A DNA stretch of 64,000 bases from Spirochaetia bacterium (GCA_963668315.1 OY764216.1:1984001-2048000); one strand, 5' to 3'; counted from the stretch's first letter, positions 40,030-50,584 are shown. Notes: a model not told the origin generated them from the sequence alone. Numbers and translations are program-made.

Positions 40030-40390
40030 TTCTTGCCTCCTCGGCTATATGCTTGAGCCCGATATCCAGAATCTGGCTGATATGACTGTCGTTCAGTGAG
40101 TAGACGGCCATACGCCCTTCCTTGTGATATTTTACCAGCCTCATCTGCCTGAGAACTTTCAGCTGGTGGGAAATGGCCGTCTGCTGCATTCCCGAAAGAA
40201 GGGAAAGGTCGTGAACGCATAAAGGTTTCTCCCTTAAAAAATAGAGTATTCTGATTCTTGTGGGATCCCCGAATACCTTGATAAATTCCGCCAGATCCTG
40301 AATCTCCTCATCAACGGGAATCTTTACCGTCAGTTCATCGGCTGTTTTCTGATCAATTCTGCACCAATCCACATTGTTATCCTTATACAT
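40022..40390 (-). CDS. ArsR/SmtB metalloregulator
   Basis: GDPTRIRIL, LCVHDL, AISHQL, alpha5 ligands DSH...HIAE. Confidence 0.92.
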   Translation of the reverse strand: MYKDNNVDWCRIDQKTADELTVKIPVDEEIQDLAEFIKVFGDPTRIRILYFLREKPLCVHDLSLLSGMQQTAISHQLKVLRQMRLVKYHKEGRMAVYSLNDSHISQILDIGLKHIAEEARND

Positions 40391-40435
40391 ATGAATATAT
40401 GTTCATATAATATCATCACGGAGTCTTCTTGTCAA
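40389..40435 (-). promoter_or_regulatory. sigma70 promoter with SmtB/CadC-type operator
   Basis: TTGACA (40430-35), 17 bp, TATTAT (40407-12); inverted repeat ATATGAA-N6-TTCATAT at 40389-40408. Confidence 0.8.
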
Positions 40436-40478
40436 GTTTTCTTTGCATTTTGCCGCCGGATCCACTAGATTTGTAGTA

Positions 40479-42407
40479 ATGACAGATGAACAGCCGCTGA
40501 TTTATTTCATAAGGAAAATCGCTCTTTCCCTGGCCCTGGGGGTTCTGGGCCTGATTATAAATCTCCACAGCCTGACTTTTAGCTACCTGAACCTGGATCT
40601 CAATCTGTCTCTGGGATACGTTTTTCCCCTTCTCATCTCCCTGGCATGGGGAAATCTCTTTGCTCTGCCTTCGGTCCTCATTACCTCTCTCTTTGTTTTC
40701 TCTCAGTCCAGGGACGGGGGAGGATCAATGGTATATCTCTATCTCGTCTATACTCTCTGGGTTCCTCTTATCGGCAGAATGGAGCAGAAGAGAAAATGGG
40801 CTTCGGGAAACAGGTTTATCCCCTATTATGCCCTATTTCTCTATTCTGTGCTTGTGATAATCGGCTATCTTCTCATCTATAATCTGATTACGCCCCGGGC
40901 TCTGCCTAAGAGCACGCTTTTTATCTACTCATACGGCGATAACATGACAATGCTCTCCTGTCTGAATCTGGGAAACCTGCTTCTGATGCTGCCCCCCGTC
41001 CGGTATCTTCTCGATCTGGAAAAGCAGTCGGAACTGAAAACCCGCATGGGATATTACTATATTTTGGGAGCTCTGCTGGGGCTGTTTCTCGTCTGGGGTC
41101 TGACCCTGGCCGCCGAAACCCTTATCGAAAGCCGCACGCTGCCATCCCCTTCCTCCCGGGAAGGAAGGATGGCCGAACTTCTGCTAAACCATCTCCTTTA
41201 TCTGAATCTTATTATTGTCCTGGCTATCGCCCTTTTCAGAAACTGGGAGCTGCAGAGCGATACGGAAAGGAAAATCATTGAGAGAAAGGATATTCTGGAA
41301 CAGATTATGAGCAAGATCTCCGAAGGGGTTCTTCTTATAGACGGAGAATGGAAGGTCCGTTACGCCAATGCGGCGGCCATGGCTCTGGGGAACTATACGG
41401 TCAAGGATCTGGGGAAATCGATTAATCGGGTCGTATCCCTTTATTCCGCCGATTCGGGAAAGCCTTTCAGCCATAAGGACGCGGTGGATCTGCTTACTTC
41501 CGAAGAGGCCGTCACCTGCCTTTTGAACACCGGCCCGGGAAAATTTCGCCGGATCGTCATTACCCTGCTCCCTCTGAAGGAGAAAAAGTACGGATTCTGC
41601 TATTTATCCCTGATCAGGGACATTACCGAAGCTTACGAGCAGGAACAGAAAAATATCCATACCCAGAAACAGGAAGCCATAGGCCGGCTGGTGGGGGGCG
41701 TGTCCCATGATTTCAATAACCGCCTGGCCGGTATCATGGGTTTTGCCCAGCTTATCTACAAAACCCGTAATATGAGTGAAATACGGTATTATGCCGATCA
41801 GATCGTAGCCAGTGCCGAGTCGGCCTCCGACCTGACTTCACAGCTGCTCACCCTCTCCCGCAAGAGGCCCCTCAAGAGGACCCGCTTTTCTCTGAACGAT
41901 CTGGTCAGGAGTCTGGTCCCCCTGCTGAATCATACCATCAGCAAGGGGATTCGCATTCAAACCAGCCTTAGTGAATATGAACTCATAATTGAAGGGGACA
42001 GGTCTCTCATGGAAAACGCTCTGCTGAATCTGGCCATCAACGGGGCTTACGCGATGAAACGCAAGGGGACTCTTTCCCTCGAAACGGCTCTACGCCACTT
42101 TGATGAGGCTTACTGCCTCAGAAGCGCTTCCCCCATCACTCCCGGTGTATACGGTGTCATTCGTATTTATGATACGGGAACGGGTATTTCCGGGGAAATC
42201 ATGGAGAAAATTTTCGATCCCTTCTTTACCACCAAGAAAGAGGGGGAAGGAACCGGTTTGGGATTATCCACGGTCAAGGAGATCGTGGAAAAGCATAAGG
42301 GGGAAATTCAGGTCTCCAGTGTGATAGGGGAGGGGACGGTTTTTACCATCAGCCTCCCCCTGGCTCAGGAGAGGGAAAGCGCCATGGCTCCCATGACATC
42401 CGGATAG
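40479..42407 (+). CDS. multi-TM PAS sensor histidine kinase (no adjacent regulator)
   Basis: SHDFNNRL, NLAING, DTGTGI, GTGLGL. Confidence 0.9.
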   Translation: MTDEQPLIYFIRKIALSLALGVLGLIINLHSLTFSYLNLDLNLSLGYVFPLLISLAWGNLFALPSVLITSLFVFSQSRDGGGSMVYLYLVYTLWVPLIGRMEQKRKWASGNRFIPYYALFLYSVLVIIGYLLIYNLITPRALPKSTLFIYSYGDNMTMLSCLNLGNLLLMLPPVRYLLDLEKQSELKTRMGYYYILGALLGLFLVWGLTLAAETLIESRTLPSPSSREGRMAELLLNHLLYLNLIIVLAIALFRNWELQSDTERKIIERKDILEQIMSKISEGVLLIDGEWKVRYANAAAMALGNYTVKDLGKSINRVVSLYSADSGKPFSHKDAVDLLTSEEAVTCLLNTGPGKFRRIVITLLPLKEKKYGFCYLSLIRDITEAYEQEQKNIHTQKQEAIGRLVGGVSHDFNNRLAGIMGFAQLIYKTRNMSEIRYYADQIVASAESASDLTSQLLTLSRKRPLKRTRFSLNDLVRSLVPLLNHTISKGIRIQTSLSEYELIIEGDRSLMENALLNLAINGAYAMKRKGTLSLETALRHFDEAYCLRSASPITPGVYGVIRIYDTGTGISGEIMEKIFDPFFTTKKEGEGTGLGLSTVKEIVEKHKGEIQVSSVIGEGTVFTISLPLAQERESAMAPMTSG

Positions 42408-43015
42408 GGACGGAAGTTTTCCACCTGGAATCCCCCCAGGGAAGGATCCCCCGAAATGCGGGGAACCGTGTAATCCTTGAGTCCCCCCGGCAGTCCCTTT
42501 CCCGTCCCTTTGAGGTAGGCTTCCTTCTGTGTCCAGATTTCAAAGAAGCACTCTTCCATTCTCTCCTTCTCCCTGAAGCCCTCCAGAACCTTAGTCTCTT
42601 CCTCGGAGAAGAAATGGCGGGCCAGATTCAGGCAGTCCCTGTCCCGTACCTCTTCGACATCCACCCCGGTCTCGCCTTTCTCCGATGAGATGAACGCCAC
42701 CACGCCGGCGGAATGGGATATGTTGAAACGGAGTTCCCGGTGATTCGTCAGGTAGGGCTTGCCCCCTTCCCGGAGGGAAAAACGGATCTGATCCGGCGGA
42801 CAGCCCAGCTTTTCCCCCAGAAGGGTTTTGGAAAAGAGCCGGGCGATCAGATACATCTCGCGGGAGGGTATGTGGGAGAAACGATAATACCGCTCCTCCT
42901 CTTCCGCCGTCATAAGCAGGAGTCCCTCCCGTTCCATAGAGGAGGAGAGGGGAGAGGAGAGGCGTGTCCAGAAGAGCTCCGGGTACCGGTCGTACCGGTG
43001 AATCTCCAGTTCCAT
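42365..43015 (-). CDS. Sfp-type 4'-phosphopantetheinyl transferase
   Basis: GKP, FNISHS, GVDVE, WTQKEAYLKGTGKG. Confidence 0.9.
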   Translation of the reverse strand: MELEIHRYDRYPELFWTRLSSPLSSSMEREGLLLMTAEEEERYYRFSHIPSREMYLIARLFSKTLLGEKLGCPPDQIRFSLREGGKPYLTNHRELRFNISHSAGVVAFISSEKGETGVDVEEVRDRDCLNLARHFFSEEETKVLEGFREKERMEECFFEIWTQKEAYLKGTGKGLPGGLKDYTVPRISGDPSLGGFQVENFRPYPDVMGAMALSLS

Positions 43016-43018
43016 TTC

Positions 43019-43927
43019 TTACCCCTTGAGACTCCGGGGATAGCGGCCCTCTTCAATGAGCGCGGCCAGGGAGGCGGTTACCCGGGGTTTGTCCTCCCGG
43101 TAGGTAACACCGAACCAGCTGTCCCGGCTGTGAAGGACCTCCACCCGGGAGATGTCTTTTTTGATCATCTCGTCAATGGCGAAGGGGAGATAGAATTCCG
43201 ATTTTTCCTCATCAATTCGCTCGCTGAGAAATTCGGTGAATAACTTTTCCAGATGGGCAAAGAGGGCGGGGGTGAATCCCCACATATTCATGGAGACAAT
43301 CTCTTCTCCCGTGAAGGCCACTTCTTCTCCCCTGCCGTTCGTTCCCCGTATCTCCTTACCGGATCGTCCGATTCCCGTATGCTCTTCCACATCCGTAAGG
43401 AAGGACCGGCCGTCTCTTGTGCAGATGCCCCGGGAAACGGTACCGTGATCGGAGAGGGTTTTCTCCAGGGTGAAGCCGCACATGGAAAAATCGGTGGACG
43501 CCGGATCGCGGGAAGAGAGCCAGTCCGCCAGAAGGGCGAATCCGCTCTGACCGTAGAAATCATCGGCGTTAATAGCGGCGAAAGGCTCGTTCACCACATT
43601 CCGGGCGGCCCAGACGGCGTGACCGGTTCCCCAGGGTTTACTCCTCTCCTCCGGTCTTGTAAAGTCTCCGGGAAGATCATCCAGGTCCTGATAGGCGTAC
43701 TCCACGGGAATCATCCCTTCATAGCGGCTTCCTATCTGCTCCCTGAAATCCTTTTCGATATCCTTTCTTATTATAAAGACGACCTTTCCGAAACCGGCTC
43801 TTTTGGCGTCGAAGACGGAATAGTCAATGATGAATTCTCCTTCAGGTCCAACTGGATCAATCTGCTTCAAACCTCCGTATCGGCTGCCCATTCCTGCCGC
43901 CAGTACGACGAGTGTCGGTTTTACCAT
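43019..43927 (-). CDS. sugar-phosphate nucleotidyltransferase
   Basis: LAAGMGSRYGGLKQ, KPWGTGHA, NADDFYG. Confidence 0.88.
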   Translation of the reverse strand: MVKPTLVVLAAGMGSRYGGLKQIDPVGPEGEFIIDYSVFDAKRAGFGKVVFIIRKDIEKDFREQIGSRYEGMIPVEYAYQDLDDLPGDFTRPEERSKPWGTGHAVWAARNVVNEPFAAINADDFYGQSGFALLADWLSSRDPASTDFSMCGFTLEKTLSDHGTVSRGICTRDGRSFLTDVEEHTGIGRSGKEIRGTNGRGEEVAFTGEEIVSMNMWGFTPALFAHLEKLFTEFLSERIDEEKSEFYLPFAIDEMIKKDISRVEVLHSRDSWFGVTYREDKPRVTASLAALIEEGRYPRSLKG

Positions 43928-44134
43928 GCTTATCCCCTATGTTATTAATCTATACGGTCTAAAAATAGCACCGCCGGCCTATCTTGACCAGACCCCGGGG
44001 TGAAACTTTTTTCATTAACCCCCTTTTCCCGGGGAATGCCATATTCCCGCCACAAAGAGCTTTTCGTATCCTCTTTTCCCCTTGTTATTCTCTCCATACC
44101 GGCCCATAATTAAAGGAATAATGAGGGAGGAATC

Positions 44135-45316
44135 ATGGATAGGGTTCGCATATTGACCGAAAAGGAAGAGCTGTCCCAATACGCCCGGATCTGTTCCTAC
44201 TGCTTTCTCGACCGGACCGGATGGACGGAACGGCTTCTCAGGCCCGGAGTCATCGAGGGATCAGTCTACGGGTGCGAAGCGGAGGGTCGGATCATGTCCG
44301 GAGTTATCTCCTTCGACCTGTCCTTTTCCTACTGGGGCATGAACCGGATAGCCTCTTCCGGCATAGGCTGCGTGGCCTCCGACCCGTCTGTGAGGAACAG
44401 GGGACATATACGGAGCATCATGAACCGCCTTCTCAGGGATAACTACCGGGAGGGGAAGATCCTCTCCTTTCTTTACCCCTTCAGCTACCGATATTACGGC
44501 ATGTTCGGCTACGGGACGATGGGGCACGCCGCCCAGTACAGGTTCGATCCCTCCGAGCTGACGGTCCGGGAGGTTCCCGAAGGGGGATTCGATTTTTTCG
44601 ACCGATCGGAGAGACAGTACGACGAGTACCTCTATGTGAAAAATCACTGGTCAAGCGGTTTCCACGGAGGAGTGAAGGAGACCATCGGCAACAGCCCCAG
44701 GGAGTCCTTTCTCGAAGAGATGGAGAGGGACAGGCGTTTCCTCTCCTTCTACCGGAATGAAGAGGGTGAAGCCCGTGGATTTCTTCTTTATAAAATGGAG
44801 GAGGGCGGTACCGGACAGATCATAAGTATTATCCAGTCGGCCTGGTTGGATAATCATGCCTTTCGCAGCCTGATCCATTATCTCTGGAGGCACCGGAGCC
44901 AGGTCAAGTCCGTTCTCTGGACGCTGCCCCTTTCGGTTCCCCTGGAAATGCTCACCCGGGAACCGCGTATCCCCCGGGAGGATCGGCAGATGTGGATGGG
45001 CCGTCCTGTGAATGTTCCGAAGGCTTTGGAGATGAAGAGCGCCTACATGCCTGCGGCAGAACCCTTTGCCTTCTCCCTGAAAGATCCGGTTATCCCCGAA
45101 AACAGCGGAAGCTATTATCTGGAGGGAGATGCGGTTCGCTTCAGGGAAGGGGACTATTCGGAACGGGAGCTGGAATTCTCCGTTTTCTCCGCCATGGTTA
45201 TGGGAGGTCTTTCCCTGGAAGAAGGGAAGGCGGCCGGGCTGGTTGAGGAGGATTTTTCCGCCGACGGAACCTATCTGTCCCGCCTGAAGAATATCTGCAT
45301 CACCAGGGGATTCTGA
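44135..45316 (+). CDS. Eis-like GNAT acetyltransferase
   Basis: VASDPSVRNRG, LYPFSYRYYGMFGYG, DPVIPENSG SCP2-like tail. Confidence 0.85.
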   Translation: MDRVRILTEKEELSQYARICSYCFLDRTGWTERLLRPGVIEGSVYGCEAEGRIMSGVISFDLSFSYWGMNRIASSGIGCVASDPSVRNRGHIRSIMNRLLRDNYREGKILSFLYPFSYRYYGMFGYGTMGHAAQYRFDPSELTVREVPEGGFDFFDRSERQYDEYLYVKNHWSSGFHGGVKETIGNSPRESFLEEMERDRRFLSFYRNEEGEARGFLLYKMEEGGTGQIISIIQSAWLDNHAFRSLIHYLWRHRSQVKSVLWTLPLSVPLEMLTREPRIPREDRQMWMGRPVNVPKALEMKSAYMPAAEPFAFSLKDPVIPENSGSYYLEGDAVRFREGDYSERELEFSVFSAMVMGGLSLEEGKAAGLVEEDFSADGTYLSRLKNICITRGF

Positions 45317-45889
45317 TCAGCCGTCCCGTTTTTCCAGTTCGGCCAGAACATCGAAGACGGTCAGATCGGCCGCTTCAAGGAGTACCAGTAGATGGTAGAT
45401 AAGATCGGCCGATTCATAGAGAATATCCTTCTTATCCATGGCCAGGAGTAGCTCCACCGCTTCTTCGCCGGTTTTCTTTTTGATCTTCTCCATACCCTTG
45501 GAGAAAAGGTGGGTCGTGTAGGAGCCTTCGGGCATCTCCCTGTGACGCTGCTGTATGGTAGCCGTCAGCTTAGCCAGAAAATCGCTGTTCTCCGACCGGT
45601 CATCCAGAGCCACGTGGTCATGCTTTTCCACATCGGTTTCACCCTTCTTCATGGAAAAGGGAAGGGCCGATGCTCCGGCGGGAAGCAGAGCTTCATATCC
45701 CCGGTCCGTCTCTTCCAGTTTCAAAAAGGACGGTTCCCCCTCCCAGGGCAGAATGCGGCCCGTTTCGGGATGGCTGATCCAGAGTGTTCCCTGCTCGCGG
45801 CTTTTACTATAGCCCTTGGGACTCATCAGGGCGGCCAGGGAAGGCCCGTTTTCAATGGAGACAAAGAGGGGATATAAGCTTTCTTTCAT
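45317..45889 (-). CDS. hisE: phosphoribosyl-ATP diphosphatase with degenerate HisI-like N-terminus
   Basis: PEGSYTTHLF, KKTGEEAVE, ESADLIYHLLV. Confidence 0.88.
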   Translation of the reverse strand: MKESLYPLFVSIENGPSLAALMSPKGYSKSREQGTLWISHPETGRILPWEGEPSFLKLEETDRGYEALLPAGASALPFSMKKGETDVEKHDHVALDDRSENSDFLAKLTATIQQRHREMPEGSYTTHLFSKGMEKIKKKTGEEAVELLLAMDKKDILYESADLIYHLLVLLEAADLTVFDVLAELEKRDG

Positions 45890-45901
45890 AGGACTCGCCC
45901 C

Positions 45902-46867
45902 TTATGCCTTGGGATTGGCGTACTGCAGGTTCTGGTAGAAATGGCGTCTCTCCTGGAGGGAGGTTTTCACTTTTCCGCGGAAATCGTCCACCGATGCGAA
46001 CCCTTTTTCATCCATCCACTCTTCCAGTCCCGCCACCAGCTTGCCGAAGAAGTCGATACCGTTCTTATAGAGGACCGAACATACCTGAACCGTGGTGGCT
46101 CCGGCCAGCAGAAGCTTGATGACGTCTTCCGGGGTATGAACGCCCCGGCTGGCGGATATCTGGGGTTTGACCATGGAGGAGAGGAGGCCGGTCCACCGGA
46201 GGGTCTCGGCCAGCTCGCTCTCCGCAGAGAAGGGGATGCCCGTGGTGAAGGTCATTTTGTCAATATTGATGTCCGGCTGCCAGAACCGGTTGAAAAGGAC
46301 AAGTCCCTCCACGTCCGTATGGCCTAGTTCGCCGGCGAAGTGGGGCAGGGATGTGTAGTTGCTGCCTATTTTAACCGCCAGGGGCAGATCCAGTTCCTTC
46401 TTCAGTTTACCAATGAGTTTAACCGCCTGCTTCTCCATATCCTGGCTGCGGAAACTCAGGTCTTCCGCCATGGGGGAGAGGTTGATCTCCACCGCCGAAG
46501 CGCCCGCTTCCTTCATATAGCGGACATAGTCGCCCCAGTCTTCCAGGGAGTGGCAGTTGATGCTGGCGATAAGGGGAATATCCACCTGCTTGCTCATCTC
46601 GCCGATAAAGGCCAGATAGGAGGCGGGCTTCTTTTCCAGGCCTACGTTCTGAATCCACAGATCCGTACCGGGCTGTATCTCCTCGGTGACCGCGATATCG
46701 TCGGTCCCGCGAATATCTTCTTCAAAAAGGGATTTCAAAACCACGGCGCCGGCTCCCATATCGGCCAGTCTTTTAATGGTATCCACTCTACCGGTTAATG
46801 AAGAACTGGAAACGATTAGGGGGCTTTTCAATTCGAGCCCCAGATAATTAGTTTTTAATGATGCCAT
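45902..46867 (-). CDS. dihydroorotate dehydrogenase-like flavoprotein
   Basis: YLGLELKSPLIVSSS, KSLFEE, LFNRF, LLAGA; lacks the class-1 NLSCPN cysteine. Confidence 0.85.
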   Translation of the reverse strand: MASLKTNYLGLELKSPLIVSSSSLTGRVDTIKRLADMGAGAVVLKSLFEEDIRGTDDIAVTEEIQPGTDLWIQNVGLEKKPASYLAFIGEMSKQVDIPLIASINCHSLEDWGDYVRYMKEAGASAVEINLSPMAEDLSFRSQDMEKQAVKLIGKLKKELDLPLAVKIGSNYTSLPHFAGELGHTDVEGLVLFNRFWQPDINIDKMTFTTGIPFSAESELAETLRWTGLLSSMVKPQISASRGVHTPEDVIKLLLAGATTVQVCSVLYKNGIDFFGKLVAGLEEWMDEKGFASVDDFRGKVKTSLQERRHFYQNLQYANPKA

Positions 46868-47014
46868 GGGATGGATCTCCTCTCATTCTGTAGTTTTTAG
46901 GAAGTCTGATGTAAGGGATTATTATTTCCCGTCTACTCTAACGCATATTGTAGGGGAAAGGTGTAAAAAAATCAATCTGAATGTGAAGATAGAAGGAACT
47001 CCGGGGAATCAGAC

Positions 47015-47043
47015 TTGACTTTGGAAATTGAATATAGTAAAAT
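47015..47043 (+). promoter_or_regulatory. sigma70 promoter
   Basis: TTGACT, 17 bp, TAAAAT upstream of the glutaredoxin gene. Confidence 0.65.
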
Positions 47044-47079
47044 ACATATATTAAAATGAAGTTACCCGGAGGTATTCGT

Positions 47080-47310
47080 ATGTCAGTAACAGTTTATTCA
47101 ACCCCTTCCTGTTCCTATTGCCGCTTGGCCAAGGATTACCTGAAGAATCATAATATTCCCTTCAGCGAGTACAACGTCGCCTCCAACAGGGCCAAAGCGG
47201 AGGAGATGGTCCGGAAGTCGGGACAGATGGGAGTTCCCGTGCTGGATATCAACGGGCGCATTCTGGTGGGATTCAACCCGGATGCCATAGAAAAAGCCCT
47301 TCACCGTTAG
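47080..47310 (+). CDS. glutaredoxin-like protein (YruB/NrdH type)
   Basis: YSTPSCSYC, SGQMGVPV; GGAGG SD. Confidence 0.9.
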   Translation: MSVTVYSTPSCSYCRLAKDYLKNHNIPFSEYNVASNRAKAEEMVRKSGQMGVPVLDINGRILVGFNPDAIEKALHR

Positions 47311-47366
47311 CGGAGTGCCCCCCTCTGAGCCTTGCTTTTTAGCCGTTCAGGGGGTATAGTCCCCTT

Positions 47367-48224
47367 ATGGATTTTCAGAAAATTTCAGACCGTATATGGT
47401 ATTGGAAGGGCGACTCCGAAAGGGGCTGGCCCAATATAGTCGCGTTCCTCGGAGATGATAAGACTCTTGTGGCTGACGCGGGAGCCTCTCCGGAACAGGC
47501 CGGGCTGGTTAAAAAGGCCCTGGAGAAGCTGGGCCGGAAAGCGGATTATCTGGTTCTCACCCACTGGCATTGGGATCACTCCTTCGGGCTGAGTGCCTGG
47601 GAGGGAACGGAAACCATGGGGCAGGAGAAGACCGTGGCCCTGCTGGAGGAACAGAGGGGATACGAATGGAATGACGATGCCCTCTACTGGCGAATGGAGC
47701 AGGGAATCGAATCGGAATTCACAGCCCGGATGATAAAGAAAGAGTATCCCGATCTTTCAAAAATCAGGATAGAACTTCCCAAGAGATACTTCGTCAGCGA
47801 AGAGAATATCGACCTGGGCGGTTTGACCTGCCGGGTGCAGCATATCCCCTGCGACCACGCCCTGGATAATACGGTTCTTTACGTCCCTGAGGAAAAATTC
47901 CTTTTTCTGGGAGACAGCCTGAACGAGAATATCTACTGCGAGAGCTGGCACTATACCCACGGCCGCCTTGCCATGGTCATAAACAGCCTCCGAGGATTCG
48001 ATACGGACCTGGCCCTGGAATCCCATGGGGAAGAACCGCTGGGCCGTGTGGAATTTGTCGATCTTCTGTGGCAGCTCCAGACGGTGAACGAGACGGTGCG
48101 CATCGCCGTGGAAGAGGGAAAGACCGGTGAGCTGGAAACCCTGCTCTCCCAGGCATTCGAAAGACCCCTGGTCGAAAGTGACGAGGAGTTAATGAAAGCC
48201 TGCCTGTACGGCTATTTCCAGTAG
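47367..48224 (+). CDS. MBL-fold metallo-hydrolase
   Basis: THWHWDH, LGDS, SHG. Confidence 0.88.
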   Translation: MDFQKISDRIWYWKGDSERGWPNIVAFLGDDKTLVADAGASPEQAGLVKKALEKLGRKADYLVLTHWHWDHSFGLSAWEGTETMGQEKTVALLEEQRGYEWNDDALYWRMEQGIESEFTARMIKKEYPDLSKIRIELPKRYFVSEENIDLGGLTCRVQHIPCDHALDNTVLYVPEEKFLFLGDSLNENIYCESWHYTHGRLAMVINSLRGFDTDLALESHGEEPLGRVEFVDLLWQLQTVNETVRIAVEEGKTGELETLLSQAFERPLVESDEELMKACLYGYFQ

Positions 48225-48232
48225 ACCCGCTT

Positions 48233-49771
48233 TCAGGTTCCTATCTCCCCGGAGTCAAGTTCGAACCAGAAGCATACGGCCCCGGGCAGATTCTCAACGC
48301 CGTAAAGGTTCCCATGCTGGTCCATTATCGCCTTTACGATGGAAAGGCCCAGTCCGTAGCCGCCGTGCTTCCGGGTGCGGGCCTTATCCACCTTGTAGTA
48401 GCTTTCCCATATCCTTTCCAGGTGTTCCGCTTCTATGGGGCGGCCCCTGTTCGTAACGGAGACTCGGGTTTTATCCGGTTTCCTCCGTTCCGTTTTGACG
48501 GTGATCACCTCTTCCCCTTCCTTATGGCGCAGGGCATTTTTCAGATAATTGGTGAGGACCTGCTCTATCATGGGCTTATCGGCATGGACAATCAGCGGAA
48601 CCTCTTCCTGAATCAGACAAAGACGGGAGTTTCCCATATGGCCCGACTCTTCAAATTTTTTTACCGTCTCCCCTGTGAGTTTATGGATATCGAAATAGCT
48701 CTTCTCCAGGGGATGAACGCCTGACTGAAGCTGGGAGAGATTCAGGAGCTGGTTCACGTGGTTTTCCATGCGCTGAGTTTCATCGAGTATGATTCGGCAG
48801 TAACTGTCCCGCTTGGCTTTGTCTCCGGCCACATTGTCCAGTAGGCCCTCGGCGTATCCCTCAATCAGGGAGATGGGGGTTCTCAGTTCGTGGGAGACAT
48901 TGGCGATAAAGCCCCGCCGCATCTCATCTATCTTTCTCTCCTTCTCTATCTCCTTGAGAAGTTCGGAATTCATTTTGTTCAGCTTGCCGATCGCCTCGCT
49001 GAGCTGGCAGGAGAGGGAATTGATGCTCCGTCCCAGCTCTCCCAGCTCATCATGACTGTTGACTTCGTATTTACGGCTGAAATCCAGCTCCGCCATGCTC
49101 TCGGCGATGGATGTGAGTTCCTTCACCGGGCGGGTGATGAACTTGGACATGAAAAGGGCGGCCCCCGTTCCCAGCAGGAGGAAGAACACTCCCGTAAAGA
49201 AGGTGAAGCGGGCGGCTATGGCGATGCTGTCATCTATGGACTCCATGGGGCGGGAGACGAGAAGAAGGATATCCTCATCGATTTTATAATACATGCTGAG
49301 CATGGATGAACCCATGGCATGTTTCATCTCCCTGAATACGTATTTTCTATCTTCCGAAAGGCGGTTCATTTCAGATATGATATCTTCGAAAATAGGAAAA
49401 GGGGGCTGCCGGAAGGGCAGGGCGCTGCTGTCGGGAAGGGGGGGGAGTTTCCTCTCTCCGGGATTCATAGGGCCGTCCGGCTTATTGGAGATCAGATCCA
49501 CCAGCCTGCCGTCCTTCTCCCAATACAGGGCGATCATGAAACCCTCTTTCACTTCCCGATCCATGAGGCTCTTTTCAAACATATCTCCCCTGTCCTCTCC
49601 GTAGTTCTCAGCCAGTTCTTCGCAAACGGCAAGAAAACTTTTACGCTGACGGATTAGGTAATAGGGTTTGAACAGGAGGCTGTTGAGCAGAAAGGAGATA
49701 AGGACGAATGCTGCGGAAAGGGCGGCTATCCACAGAAACATTTTGCCCCTTATGGACAGTTTCAATTTCAC
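48233..49771 (-). CDS. HAMP sensor histidine kinase
   Basis: HAMP domain, SHELRTP, GYGLGL. Confidence 0.92.
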   Translation of the reverse strand: MKLKLSIRGKMFLWIAALSAAFVLISFLLNSLLFKPYYLIRQRKSFLAVCEELAENYGEDRGDMFEKSLMDREVKEGFMIALYWEKDGRLVDLISNKPDGPMNPGERKLPPLPDSSALPFRQPPFPIFEDIISEMNRLSEDRKYVFREMKHAMGSSMLSMYYKIDEDILLLVSRPMESIDDSIAIAARFTFFTGVFFLLLGTGAALFMSKFITRPVKELTSIAESMAELDFSRKYEVNSHDELGELGRSINSLSCQLSEAIGKLNKMNSELLKEIEKERKIDEMRRGFIANVSHELRTPISLIEGYAEGLLDNVAGDKAKRDSYCRIILDETQRMENHVNQLLNLSQLQSGVHPLEKSYFDIHKLTGETVKKFEESGHMGNSRLCLIQEEVPLIVHADKPMIEQVLTNYLKNALRHKEGEEVITVKTERRKPDKTRVSVTNRGRPIEAEHLERIWESYYKVDKARTRKHGGYGLGLSIVKAIMDQHGNLYGVENLPGAVCFWFELDSGEIGT

Positions 49772-50430
49772 TAATGCGCCTCGAAGCGGTATCCGTAGTT
49801 CCTCACGGTCTTTATGCAGGAAGAGTGGGATCCCAGTTTCTTTCTCAGCTTTTTGATGTGCGTGTCGATGGTGCGCATCCCCTTGTAATACTGGAAATCC
49901 CAGATCTTATTGAGAATCTGTTCTCGGCTTAAGGCTCTGTCCTGATTTTCCATCAGCATAAGAAGCAGTTCGTACTCCTTGGGGGGAAGCTCCAGCTTTT
50001 TCCCGTCCACTCTGGCAAAACGACCGCTTTTATCTATGCAGATTGAACCCGATTCCAGACGGCTGTCTCCTCCGGTTTTCCTTTCCAGGGCATTCACCCG
50101 CGCCACCAGCGAACGGGGACTGAAGGGCTTTTTGATGTAGTCGTCCACGCCGAGTTCAAAGCCGAAGACCTCATCGTTCGTATCCACACGGGCTGTAAGC
50201 ATGAAAACGGGCACATCCGATTCCCTGCGTATTTCCCGGCAGACGGCCCAACCGTCAATTTCCGGCATCATCACGTCAAGTATAACCAGATCTATCCCCT
50301 TTTCCCTGTGAAAAAGAGCAAGCGCCTCCCGGCCGTTTTCCGCCTCGAGAGTGTCATAGCCCTCCCGGTGCAGATAGTCGCAGATCAGGTCCCGGATTCT
50401 TTTTTCATCATCAACAATGAGTATCCTCAT
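49771..50430 (-). CDS. OmpR-family response regulator
   Basis: Start MRILIVDDE at 50430; RTIDTHIKKLRKKL. Confidence 0.93.
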   Translation of the reverse strand: MRILIVDDEKRIRDLICDYLHREGYDTLEAENGREALALFHREKGIDLVILDVMMPEIDGWAVCREIRRESDVPVFMLTARVDTNDEVFGFELGVDDYIKKPFSPRSLVARVNALERKTGGDSRLESGSICIDKSGRFARVDGKKLELPPKEYELLLMLMENQDRALSREQILNKIWDFQYYKGMRTIDTHIKKLRKKLGSHSSCIKTVRNYGYRFEAH

Positions 50431-50584
50431 GCCCTCAGAATAGCAGAAAAATGCCTTCGGGTCACAGATTAGGGAAAAGGTCACATAGAATTCACAATAA
50501 GAGTTTTCCCAGAGATCACAGAAGGGTCATGCCCGTTTCAAAGTCGGTGAGTATAGTTGAAAAAAACGATAAAGGAGTCGGAAA

